From positions 1-47,403 of the forward strand of contig JAMCRO010000035.1 in the NCBI GenBank assembly GCA_023380615.1: a DNA stretch of 47,403 nucleotides. Direction: 5' to 3'. This document shows, piece by piece, positions 9,012-18,820 of this stretch. Within the stretch, counting starts at the first letter, position 1. The number at the start of each line of letters is the position of its first letter. The translations under genes and the position numbers were made by a program. The notes under the pieces were generated by a model, which saw only the letters and a list, made by a program, of their open reading frames with translations, ran no database searches and was not told where the DNA came from. The DNA comes from Candidatus Parvarchaeota archaeon. Lineage in GTDB: Archaea > Nanobdellota > Nanobdellia > Parvarchaeales > Parvarchaeaceae.

Positions 9012-9305
9012 TTACTTTATCTCCAGCTTTTTCGCCTTTTTACCCCTTTTCTGGGTAGTCATTTTACCACATTTTGTACATTTATACCTTAAGTCTATCC
9101 TTTTAGACTGTTTTATACCAAGCCTCTTTGCGTGCTCAAACATTGGGTAAGGAGTAGAACCATAACCATGTTCAAGATTCCAGCCTTTCCTACGACTGCC
9201 CGCAGTCAATGTTCCCCTCTGACCACCCTTCACCTGTACTACTTTTTGTAGGGTATGTTCTTTGCAGAATCTGCAGTATCTTCTAACCTGGCTTGGTAAT
9301 TTCAT
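9012..9305 (-). CDS. rpl44e: 50S ribosomal protein eL42 (L44e)
   Basis: YCRFCKEHT...DLRYKCTKCGK, adjacent to rps27e. Confidence 0.95.
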   Translation of the reverse strand: MKLPSQVRRYCRFCKEHTLQKVVQVKGGQRGTLTAGSRRKGWNLEHGYGSTPYPMFEHAKRLGIKQSKRIDLRYKCTKCGKMTTQKRGKKAKKLEIK

Positions 9306-9391
9306 TTAGTTTCAATAAATAGCTTAGTATTTAACTTTTTCTATATTTGAAATTGCAATAATTTTAAATTTAGTGGCTGTTTTACTAGCCT

Positions 9392-11812
9392 ATGCAAAAA
9401 GCCGTACCGCTGCTTGTTTTAATAATGCTGTTATTATCAGTATCAATAACGCATGCATCTAAAGGAATAAATCTAAATTTCCAAGAAATGCCACTGCAAA
9501 GCCAGGTCTGCAATTATTTGACGCCTCAGAACCTTAGAACCGCTTATAATTTTTTACCCTTGTACAATCTTAGTATAAACGGGAATGGCCAGGCAATTGC
9601 CATAGTGGTTGCCCATGGGGATCCGAACTTACAGCAGGATGTAAATGCCTTTGATTCATATTACGGTTTAAACCCCCTTACTAATGGATCTAACCTTATG
9701 ATAGAAGAACCGTTTGGAAGCCCCAGTTCTTATCCAGTTAACTGGACGTACGAAACCGCATTGGATGTAGAAATGGTCCATTCATTAGCCCCCGGTGCAA
9801 AAATATACTTAATTGTAGCTCCAAACGACTCTTGGCTTTTCCAGACTGTAAACTACACAGTAAGTAACGTTCCTGCAAATACTATCTCACTTAGCTGGGG
9901 ATCATCAGAACTTGAATACACTTCACAAGCCATAAATTATTTAAACGCTATATTCCAATCCGCACAGTCAAACGGCATAAATGTGTTCGTAGCAAGTGGT
10001 GACACGGGAGCTTATAATTCGTATAACACTCCAAACGTTAACTTTCCGGCTTCCAGCCCGAATGTCATAGCAGTTGGAGGCACTACTCTATCCATATACT
10101 CAAATGGAGATTACAAATCGGAAGTAGGCTGGAACGGAAGCGGAGGAGGACAAAGCCAATTTTTTGCTAGACCACCATTTCAACCAGATATAAGCTCTTA
10201 TCGAATGGTGCCAGACGTTGCATTCGACGCTGGAACTCCTGTTTGTGTATATGCAGATTCCGGCTGGATAGCGCTTTATGGAACAAGCTTAGCAGCTCCT
10301 TCATGGGCCGCAATTGATTCGCTGATAAACCAAAACCTGCATGGTGACGAAGGATACCTGAACAGCCATCTTTACAGCGTATTTAACAATGTCGGCAGCC
10401 TTGTATTCAACAATATAACAAGTGGCTGTAATGATTTATACTGTGCAGACGGAGAGTACAACGAAGTAACTGGACTTGGCTCTCCAAAGGCATACCAACT
10501 TGTAGAAGCACTTTCAAATACCACTTACGAAGTATATTTCAATGACCCAGTTAATGGTGTTTTTAGCGTAAACGGCAAAAATTATACTACATCAACGACT
10601 TTAAAATTTGCATTCGGCGAAAAAGTAAATATCGCTGCATATTCCCAGAACATAAGTTCAGATACAAAGTTTCTTTTTACTGACATGTCGGGGATTGTGA
10701 ATACACGCGACAATGCAATATCATTTTTCGTAAACCAGTCGGGCACAATAAACATAGCTTTTTCGGTCTATTTCCTTGTAAATGAGTATGACTACAATGG
10801 GATAAACAACAGAAGTGAATATGTAAAGAATGGAAGTATTTTCAATGTTTCTGCTCAAAAACTGGAGAACTATTCACAGTACCAAGAAGTACTGCTAGGG
10901 TTTAGTATAGACAATGGAACATTGCTTCAAACTCCCGATTATGCAATAACTGTATTGTCCCCTTTTAATGTAAGCTTTTCATGGAATAAAAACCCAAAGG
11001 TGGCTTTTGAATTTTTGAATGGAACATCGGGTTTATTTGCGAACGTTTCATATTACAGGACTGTTCCTTTATCCAAAACCATTAAAAAAGTGTATTCGGT
11101 AGTAAGCAACGGAAGTTATGTCTACTCCAGCAATAATTCTGACTTTTATATATACGCAAACCCCCAAATAATAGCTGGGAACAGGTATATTGTACAAAAT
11201 GTAACAAGTAGGTTCCAAAGTACTATACCGGTAAATTTCATAAAAGAGTACAATTACACGATAAACTTTTTATCAAGACAAGGGGCGGCAATTAAGCCTT
11301 CTTACTTTTATATCTCCTTTGAAAATATAACTGAAAGATATCAAAATTATTATATCTGGGCACCCAGGAACAGTAAAATTGTAATCAAAAATGCAAGTTA
11401 TGACGGTATAAATTTAAAAATAAACCAATCACTGCAAACAAATTCACAGACCAATTTAAACGCTACTATCCCCGTGTCAAACATAAACATAAAAGTGGTA
11501 ACAATATTAGGCATACCAGTTGTAGGTGCGGGCGTAACTATAAACATTGATAATGTCTCCTTCAAAAATTATACAAACATATTAGGGGGAGTCACATTTG
11601 CAAATCTGCCCCAGAAAACATACAATGCGACAATAACTGCTTATAATTCAAAATTCTTTTTTGGTAACTTGAATGCACTTTCAAATACTTTATCCATTAC
11701 TGCAGGTTTGTATGAATTATATATAATCCTAGGCGTCATAGTGATTATTTTAGTGATTTTGCTTTTGGTGGAACGCATAAGACGTAGAAAATACAATAAA
11801 AAACATAAATAA
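9392..11812 (+). CDS. S53 (sedolisin/kumamolisin) family protease, secreted and C-terminally membrane-anchored
   Basis: ETALDVE, SLSWG, ASGDTG, AVGGT, PDVA, GTSLAAP, VTGLGSP motifs. Signal peptide, long Asn-rich stalk, C-terminal TM with basic tail. Confidence 0.92.
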   Translation: MQKAVPLLVLIMLLLSVSITHASKGINLNFQEMPLQSQVCNYLTPQNLRTAYNFLPLYNLSINGNGQAIAIVVAHGDPNLQQDVNAFDSYYGLNPLTNGSNLMIEEPFGSPSSYPVNWTYETALDVEMVHSLAPGAKIYLIVAPNDSWLFQTVNYTVSNVPANTISLSWGSSELEYTSQAINYLNAIFQSAQSNGINVFVASGDTGAYNSYNTPNVNFPASSPNVIAVGGTTLSIYSNGDYKSEVGWNGSGGGQSQFFARPPFQPDISSYRMVPDVAFDAGTPVCVYADSGWIALYGTSLAAPSWAAIDSLINQNLHGDEGYLNSHLYSVFNNVGSLVFNNITSGCNDLYCADGEYNEVTGLGSPKAYQLVEALSNTTYEVYFNDPVNGVFSVNGKNYTTSTTLKFAFGEKVNIAAYSQNISSDTKFLFTDMSGIVNTRDNAISFFVNQSGTINIAFSVYFLVNEYDYNGINNRSEYVKNGSIFNVSAQKLENYSQYQEVLLGFSIDNGTLLQTPDYAITVLSPFNVSFSWNKNPKVAFEFLNGTSGLFANVSYYRTVPLSKTIKKVYSVVSNGSYVYSSNNSDFYIYANPQIIAGNRYIVQNVTSRFQSTIPVNFIKEYNYTINFLSRQGAAIKPSYFYISFENITERYQNYYIWAPRNSKIVIKNASYDGINLKINQSLQTNSQTNLNATIPVSNINIKVVTILGIPVVGAGVTINIDNVSFKNYTNILGGVTFANLPQKTYNATITAYNSKFFFGNLNALSNTLSITAGLYELYIILGVIVIILVILLLVERIRRRKYNKKHK

Positions 11813-11839
11813 AAGCTTGCAGATAATATAATAGTAATA

Positions 11840-14080
11840 ATGGAATTAAAAAACAGGGATTATTCTCTTTCCAGGGAAGAAGGGGAAATAGCGCTAACCT
11901 ACAAAGTGCCTTTAGATGTCCTTTACCCCAATCCGGAAGACAATGAAGAGATATTTGAAAAAATAATCAACGCAATAATTGAATCTGGGGATATAACCCT
12001 GCTTACAATAGTAAGCGATAGAAACTACATATACACAAAAGACGAGACAAACCTGTTAAATGACCTTGCAAACAAATATAAGGCAATGCTTGAATCAGAT
12101 CTTTCCAAACCTTTCGACAACGATATACAGAAAAACTTTCCAGAAGAAGTGTCGAAATTCAATTATATATTATTTAACCGTCTAAAAAGGGACCCGCTTG
12201 GGGCATATGTGCTTGGATTAAGATTTTTAAGGGAGTTTAAAGTAAAACAAGAAAACAATGAGACAGAGTTGTTTTCCACTTTCCTTGAAAAATTCTCAAA
12301 TCTTACCTCACAGATAGCAGAAATAAAGATAGTAAAGAAAAACCTAAACCTTATTTTGGGTTACAAGATAGGAGATAGACAACCCTACCGCGCAATATTT
12401 AAGCCGCTGATAAGGCCGAATTTTACGTATACTAGGATAATGTCAGAACCACCACTATCTGCAGTAGAATTGGAGAATTATAAATTGAACGATGAAGACG
12501 AGACAGAAGTAACTATCTACCGCATTCCGGGAATGTCGCAGTACCTATACCATCTTTCGCCCCCGGAATTACTGCTTAATGTAGAAGAATATGACATATT
12601 AGATCAAGTAAGGAATAATTTAATAGATTACAGACCCCAAGAAAATGAGTTTACCGATCCTTTGAGAATGAGAGATGTGTTCTTTAAAATAAGCAAAGAT
12701 ATGATTGCAGAGATAAGCACTAAAAATGGATACAGCTTGAGTTTCAAAGACATAGATAAACTTGCAAGGATACTTGTTAGGTTAACTGTTGGTTTTGGGA
12801 TGACTGAGATAGTTTTGTCCGATGATATGGTGGAGGATGTGTACATAAATTCACCCATCAGCAAATCTCCTATTTTTGTCAAGCATTCAAAATATGGAGA
12901 ATGCGCTTCAAATATCATACCAAATGCAAAAGAAGTTGATGCCTGGTCTTCTAGGTTTAGGCTAATGTCGGGAAGAGCCCTTGATGAAGGTCACCCAGTA
13001 CTTGATACCGAACTCATAACAGACATGTTCAGGTCAAGAGTTGCGATAGCCCAGCGTCCTCTTTCTCCAGAAGGGATAAGCATAGCATTTAGAAGGCATA
13101 GAGAACAACCATGGACGATGCCTCTATTTATAAACAATAAAATGATATCACCTTTCGCAGCAGGATTACTTTGGTTTTGTGTAGAAGGGGCAAGAACAAT
13201 ACTAATAAGTGGTACACGTGGAGCGGGTAAAACATCAATGTTGACTGCTTTGATGCTGCTTCTAATGAAAAGGTACAGAATAATAACAGTTGAGGATACC
13301 TTAGAGATCCCTACTGATTCATTTGTCAAACTAGGATATGACATGCTATCATTAAAAGTACAAAGTGCAATAACTGGTGAAAGAGCAGAGATGAGCGCAG
13401 ATGAAGGCATAAGAACGACATTAAGGCTTGGGGACAGTTCATTGATTGTGGGAGAAGTAAGAAGTACGGAAGCAAAGGCTTTGTATGAAGCAATGCGTGT
13501 GGGTGCTCTTTCAAACACTGTTATGGGAACAATACACGGTGAAAACCCTTATGGTGTCTTTGATAGAGTTGTAAACGACCTAAATGTTCCAAGAACTAGT
13601 TTCAAAGCAACGGATTTAATAGTTTCTGTGAATAAGATAAGAACCGAAGACAGATTAAGCGAAAGGAGAAGAGTCCTTAATATAACCGAAGTAAGAAAGG
13701 ACTGGACTGAAGATCCACAATATGAAAATGGATTCGTAGATTTGGTAAAATATGACATACACAAAGACAGTCTTGACCCTTCAAATGATTTACTGGAAGG
13801 TAACAGCTATGTTATAAAGGAGATAGCCTCTAGAGTAGAAGATTGGGCCGGCAACTGGGATGCTGTACTTGAAAGCATAAGAGCAAGAGGGGATGTACTG
13901 GATGCATTATGCAATTATGCAAACAAAACTAATAATCCCTCATTGTTGGAAGCAGAATTTACCTCTGAGGCAATAGACCAGTATTATGATATAATAAGCA
14001 GGTTAAGAGAAGAGTACGGTACTGCAGAAAGAAAAAACATTGTAAATTTATTTGATTTATGGCTAAGAAGCAAAAAGTAA
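11840..14080 (+). CDS. type IV pilus / type II secretion ATPase (FlaI/TadA/VirB11 family)
   Basis: Walker A GTRGAGKT, TVEDTLE, LIVGEVR, GTIHG. Confidence 0.92.
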   Translation: MELKNRDYSLSREEGEIALTYKVPLDVLYPNPEDNEEIFEKIINAIIESGDITLLTIVSDRNYIYTKDETNLLNDLANKYKAMLESDLSKPFDNDIQKNFPEEVSKFNYILFNRLKRDPLGAYVLGLRFLREFKVKQENNETELFSTFLEKFSNLTSQIAEIKIVKKNLNLILGYKIGDRQPYRAIFKPLIRPNFTYTRIMSEPPLSAVELENYKLNDEDETEVTIYRIPGMSQYLYHLSPPELLLNVEEYDILDQVRNNLIDYRPQENEFTDPLRMRDVFFKISKDMIAEISTKNGYSLSFKDIDKLARILVRLTVGFGMTEIVLSDDMVEDVYINSPISKSPIFVKHSKYGECASNIIPNAKEVDAWSSRFRLMSGRALDEGHPVLDTELITDMFRSRVAIAQRPLSPEGISIAFRRHREQPWTMPLFINNKMISPFAAGLLWFCVEGARTILISGTRGAGKTSMLTALMLLLMKRYRIITVEDTLEIPTDSFVKLGYDMLSLKVQSAITGERAEMSADEGIRTTLRLGDSSLIVGEVRSTEAKALYEAMRVGALSNTVMGTIHGENPYGVFDRVVNDLNVPRTSFKATDLIVSVNKIRTEDRLSERRRVLNITEVRKDWTEDPQYENGFVDLVKYDIHKDSLDPSNDLLEGNSYVIKEIASRVEDWAGNWDAVLESIRARGDVLDALCNYANKTNNPSLLEAEFTSEAIDQYYDIISRLREEYGTAERKNIVNLFDLWLRSKK

Positions 14081-16176
14081 AGGAGGCTGTGCCTTCTGCG
14101 AAGATAGACAAAAACTTTATAGACACATATTATACAAAAGAAAACATAGTTCCAAGTGATTTATATAAAAAAGACGAAAACGTTAGAGAGGAATTAAAGT
14201 CACTTGAATACAAAATATTCAAGGAGAAGAATCCTACAAATTTTTCTAAAATAATAAACTTCGGCGCAAATACAATAGGTAAGGTAATAAAGTTTAACAT
14301 AAACAAAGATCAGGAAAAGAAAATAAACACGCTTCTTTACCTGCTTGGGTATGATTTCGATGCAAAACAGCTATATGGTTTCGGCATATTCATGCTTGTA
14401 GCTCTAATGCTTTTAGGAGTGATACTCCTTGTTTTAGGCCAAATAATAGCTGGTCTGGTGCTTATGTTTTTAGGTGTTATTTCATTTATAGGAGTGCAGA
14501 TATTTCCCCAACAACAGATGACCGTTAGATTAAGTAAGTCTTCGAGTGACCTTGTTACTATGATCCTTTATATGGTTATATTTATGCGGCAGACTCCGAA
14601 TTTAGAAGGGGCAGTACAATTTGCTTCGGATAACTTGACCAGTTATCTAGCTCTTGATTTAAAAAAGCTGATATGGGATACGGCTGCAAGAAAATACAAT
14701 AATATAAAAGAAGCTTTGGATGAATATTCAAAAAGATGGGCGAAATCAAGCCCGGCATTCACAGATGCACTTTTTCTCATAGAAAGCTCAACTTCGCAGG
14801 AAACGGAAGAAGCAAGACTTGGATTATTAGATGAAGCTTCTGATAGAATATTAGGTGGAACTTTTGAAGCGATGACAAAATACGCTTCATCATTAAAAGA
14901 GCCTCTAAACACAATATATATGATAGGTATGGTCCTCCCAGTTTTAGGATTAGTATTGGCCCCTATGCTGATGGCTTTTGTAGCCGTTCCAGATTTTGGC
15001 TTGCTGCTTGCATTGATGTATGACGTAGGTTTACCGCTGATGGTGTATTTCCTCATAAGAAACAAATTACTCACTAGGCCAAGCGGATTCGGGGCGCCGG
15101 ATATAAATAATATACCGAATATACCAAAGGTTGGAAATTTCTTTGTAAAGATGGGAAAGAAAAAAATAAGCATAAGTGCACTTCTGCCTGCCCTATTAAT
15201 ATTCATTCTTTTCTTGCTACCAGTTTACTTCCTTTATCCTATGCTTTTAAAATTCGGGCCAGCACAGATATATGTTTCAATGTTTATAACCGCAGCCATA
15301 GGATTCTCAATAGTGGTTTACCTTAAACTTTCGGTTATCCAACTTAAAGAAACAGAAGAAGAATTGAATTCAATAGAGACATCTTTTGGCGCCGCAATGT
15401 CACAAATGAGCTCTTTCCTTGCACAAGGTTACCCACCAGAAGCTACACTTGTAAAGGTAGAAGAAAACATGAAAGGCACGCCTGTTTCAGAATTCTTTGA
15501 CGTAACAATAAACAACATAAGAAAACTTGGTATGTCTCTGAAAGATGCATTTTTCAATGCAACGAATGGATCTACACGCTTTTTCCCTTCACCTATGATT
15601 CTTGCATCTACAAAAATTTTCCTTTCCTCGGCGGCAAAAAGCGTAAGAAACGCTTCTGTAGCCACAGCTTACGTTTCAAAGCACCTTACAAACTTGCGTA
15701 GGATAGAAGAGCAGGTTCGTTCACTTTTAGAGGAAGTTACTTCTGGAATGCGCGTAGAAGTTGGATTAATAAGCCCAGCAATGGCGGGCATAGTGGTGGG
15801 ATTAACTACATTAATAGGTACTGTACTTACTTCGCTTTCGGGGAGCATAAGCTCAATACAAAGCGCCGCAAGCACATCCTCAAGCAGCAGCGTTTCATCA
15901 GTGGTTCCATTTGCATTCAGCTTGTTTAATTTAAGTGGGGGAGCGATACCACTGTATACCTTTCAGGTTATAATAGGAATATACCTTGTAAGCTTAAGCC
16001 TGATAATAGGGTATGCAGTATCTACTATATCACGGCCCGGAGATAAAATATTAATGAGAGACACGATGGCATCGATGCTTCTCATTTCTATGATATTATA
16101 CATATTAATTGCGTTTATAGTGACGCTGGTATTTGCATCGGTAGGAGGACTAGTAATAAGCGCCACCCACATCTAA
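14059..16176 (+). CDS. type IV pilus membrane platform protein (TadC/FlaJ/T2SSF-like)
   Basis: Multi-TM protein with two cytoplasmic domains (PNLEGAVQFA; GYPPEATL), overlapping the ATPase gene. Confidence 0.8.
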   Translation: MAKKQKVKEAVPSAKIDKNFIDTYYTKENIVPSDLYKKDENVREELKSLEYKIFKEKNPTNFSKIINFGANTIGKVIKFNINKDQEKKINTLLYLLGYDFDAKQLYGFGIFMLVALMLLGVILLVLGQIIAGLVLMFLGVISFIGVQIFPQQQMTVRLSKSSSDLVTMILYMVIFMRQTPNLEGAVQFASDNLTSYLALDLKKLIWDTAARKYNNIKEALDEYSKRWAKSSPAFTDALFLIESSTSQETEEARLGLLDEASDRILGGTFEAMTKYASSLKEPLNTIYMIGMVLPVLGLVLAPMLMAFVAVPDFGLLLALMYDVGLPLMVYFLIRNKLLTRPSGFGAPDINNIPNIPKVGNFFVKMGKKKISISALLPALLIFILFLLPVYFLYPMLLKFGPAQIYVSMFITAAIGFSIVVYLKLSVIQLKETEEELNSIETSFGAAMSQMSSFLAQGYPPEATLVKVEENMKGTPVSEFFDVTINNIRKLGMSLKDAFFNATNGSTRFFPSPMILASTKIFLSSAAKSVRNASVATAYVSKHLTNLRRIEEQVRSLLEEVTSGMRVEVGLISPAMAGIVVGLTTLIGTVLTSLSGSISSIQSAASTSSSSSVSSVVPFAFSLFNLSGGAIPLYTFQVIIGIYLVSLSLIIGYAVSTISRPGDKILMRDTMASMLLISMILYILIAFIVTLVFASVGGLVISATHI

Positions 16177-17034
16177 TTAATGCCTGTTTTTAAGTTCGTT
16201 TAAAGAAACCAAATCAATTATCAGTTTTGCCGCAAGTATCTCCGTTATATTGTTCTCGCCTAATGGCCGTGTTTCCATTACATCCATACCGACTAAAGCC
16301 GAGTTTCGAATTATAGCAGAAACATAATTAAGAAAATCGCTGTAAAGTATCCCGTTTGGTTGTGGTGTTCCAACACCCGGTGCTATCGAAGGATCAAAAA
16401 CATCCATGTCAATGCTAATGTAAACTTTTTTGCCTCTTATTAAATTAATCAAGGAACTTAGGCTTTTTTCATCATTTATTTTGTCCTTGGTTATTACTAA
16501 AAGCCCTCTTTTTATAAGTTCTCCTTTTTCTTCCAAATTTAAGCTTCTTACGCCTATGAGAGAAACGTTATTTCTAAGATTAACCAGTCTTGCGTTACTG
16601 GCGTGGTTTATCTCAAGCTTTAAGAAATCTGGCTTGAAATCTGCATGCGCATCAAATATTATGAATTCAACATCTTCTCCAAAAGCCAATGAAGCACCAT
16701 ATGTTGCAGTATGCTCCCCCCCTATCAGTATGGGTATCTTGCCTGCAGAAACAAGGTCGGAAATGCTTAAATTTATTATTTCCATCGCATTTCTTATATC
16801 CCCGCTTAATTCAAGTTCATTAAGAGTGAATATCTTGTCTTTAAGCTCGTAATCAAGCTCAAAATCATAATTTTCCAGCGAACGCGATGCCTCAATAACA
16901 GATCTTGGGCCGAATTTCGTTCCTTTTAAGTATGTTGTCGTTACATCTAATGGCACGGGCATTATTGTATACTTAGCGTCATTAAAGCTCACTACTTCCT
17001 CCAAAAACGAATCCTTACCCTCATTTAAAAGCAT
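16177..17034 (-). CDS. speB: agmatinase (ureohydrolase family)
   Basis: GTKFGP, GGEHT, DAHAD, SIDMDVFDP, APGVGTP. Confidence 0.92.
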   Translation of the reverse strand: MLLNEGKDSFLEEVVSFNDAKYTIMPVPLDVTTTYLKGTKFGPRSVIEASRSLENYDFELDYELKDKIFTLNELELSGDIRNAMEIINLSISDLVSAGKIPILIGGEHTATYGASLAFGEDVEFIIFDAHADFKPDFLKLEINHASNARLVNLRNNVSLIGVRSLNLEEKGELIKRGLLVITKDKINDEKSLSSLINLIRGKKVYISIDMDVFDPSIAPGVGTPQPNGILYSDFLNYVSAIIRNSALVGMDVMETRPLGENNITEILAAKLIIDLVSLNELKNRH

Positions 17035-17052
17035 ACTATCATCAACACACTC

Positions 17053-18783
17053 TTAATTTTTAACGCTTATGTTTTTCTGCTGGCTATACATTTCGACTAT
17101 GTCTTTTACAGTATTTGCATCATCTGCCTTCTTGTCTGTGCGTATGAAAGACACTGCCCTTGGGAACCTAAGTGCATAGCCTATGCCCTCTTTCATTCCT
17201 GCAGTGTGTGTAGGGCTTCTTGTAATTTCATCCGCTTTTACTGCTATTATGTATTTTGGAACTACCCAAACATCAGGTTGCATTATACTGTCCACTCTTG
17301 CTGGTTTATTGTCTACTTTTATTTCATTCAATATTTTGAAAAGCTGCTTAAACTGCTCTTCCGAGAAACCCGAACCGACCTTTGTTATACTTTTAAATTT
17401 GTCTTCCTTTGAGTCATATACGCCTGCCAGCACTGCTCCCAATCCGAAACCAGCCCTTTGCCCCCTGCCTTTAAAATACCCAAGAATTACTAGGTCTACA
17501 GTGTCATTCAATTTTGACTTATAAGATCTTTTCATCTTTATCCAATTGAAGTTTCTTGCACCTGCAGAATAAGGAGAATCCAGACGTTTTGCAACTATGC
17601 CTTCCAAACCCTCCTCAATTGTAAGGTCAAAGAATTTGTCTAGCTCTTTTTCATCGTTAGTTATTATCATTTTTGTCTTAGATATTGTCCTCGTATTGGA
17701 AAACAATTTATCCAATATCCCTCTTCTTTCTAGATAAGGTTCGTTTATTAGACTTTCCTTATTGAAGAGCATTATATCGAAAACAAAAAGCCTTAATGGC
17801 AATTCCTGGGATACTTCCTCTACATTGTGTTTCCTTTTCCGTTGTATTGTTATCTGAAAAGGATATAATACATTTGTATTTTCATCATAGGTTAAAGCCT
17901 CCCCGTCTATTATTAAATCTTGACAATCGATTTTTCTGACTTCCTCCACTATTTCAGGCATAAAATGAGTTATATCCTCTAAGTTTCTGGAAAAAACCCT
18001 TACTTCTTTGTCTTTCTTATGCACTTGTGCCCTGAATCCGTCCAACTTCTGATCAATTGCACATTTGCCCATTCTTTCCAAAATCTCCTTAGAAGAACCC
18101 AATCTTTCCGCTAATGCAGGCCTTATCGGTTTCATTGCATTTATCTCGAATTTGTTTATTCCTTCCTCTCCTTTCGAATAGAGGACTTCTGCCACATAAC
18201 CCAGATCAGAACATAAATTAAAGGCTCTTTCTATATTTACTTTGAATTTCCTGCTTCCGGTTCTTGCCTTGGAGAGAGCCTCCATTATAGTCGCTTCTCC
18301 TACGCCTAAACGCAATTTTCCCATTACAAAGCGAATCACAAACTTAGATTCTATTGGAGAGATATTAGCTATAAGCTCTGACAATTCCTTTATCTTTTCA
18401 TCTATGCTTCCTTCCCCCGAAATATTTGCTATCTTTAAAAGTTTGCCGTATACTTCAGTGATATCTGTTTTCTGGTTATTAGACGTATTTGATTCCTTTT
18501 CTGCTATCTCCCCTAAATCGCCTATTCTTTTGTATTCTTCTAATATCTTAGTGACTGGTTTATTATATGCAAGAGCTATAACTTTTTCTACCATCTTGTC
18601 CGCTATCCCAAGCTGTATATCATAAAAAGGCGGGAGTAACTGCTCCTGTATAAAATTTACAGTATAATTTATTTCCTCGCTCTTTGTCTTTGAGAAAACT
18701 TCTGAAAGTATATCTATCATCTCAAGTCTTTTTGAGGTGTTCTCCAATTTAAGCAGATAATTACAAAGCTCTTCAAACCTCAT
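17053..18783 (-). CDS. lig: ATP-dependent DNA ligase
   Basis: KLDGFRAQVH, IIDGE, FDIM, EGIVAK, WIKMK, LRFPR. Confidence 0.97.
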   Translation of the reverse strand: MRFEELCNYLLKLENTSKRLEMIDILSEVFSKTKSEEINYTVNFIQEQLLPPFYDIQLGIADKMVEKVIALAYNKPVTKILEEYKRIGDLGEIAEKESNTSNNQKTDITEVYGKLLKIANISGEGSIDEKIKELSELIANISPIESKFVIRFVMGKLRLGVGEATIMEALSKARTGSRKFKVNIERAFNLCSDLGYVAEVLYSKGEEGINKFEINAMKPIRPALAERLGSSKEILERMGKCAIDQKLDGFRAQVHKKDKEVRVFSRNLEDITHFMPEIVEEVRKIDCQDLIIDGEALTYDENTNVLYPFQITIQRKRKHNVEEVSQELPLRLFVFDIMLFNKESLINEPYLERRGILDKLFSNTRTISKTKMIITNDEKELDKFFDLTIEEGLEGIVAKRLDSPYSAGARNFNWIKMKRSYKSKLNDTVDLVILGYFKGRGQRAGFGLGAVLAGVYDSKEDKFKSITKVGSGFSEEQFKQLFKILNEIKVDNKPARVDSIMQPDVWVVPKYIIAVKADEITRSPTHTAGMKEGIGYALRFPRAVSFIRTDKKADDANTVKDIVEMYSQQKNISVKN

Positions 18784-18820
18784 ACATAATAATTTAAATT
18801 ATGCTTACTTAAATCTATTC

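Noticed and set aside
11840..16176. Archaellum (flaI/flaJ) operon
   Set aside because: No archaellin, FlaH, FlaF or FlaG genes nearby; better described as a generic type IV pilus motor pair.
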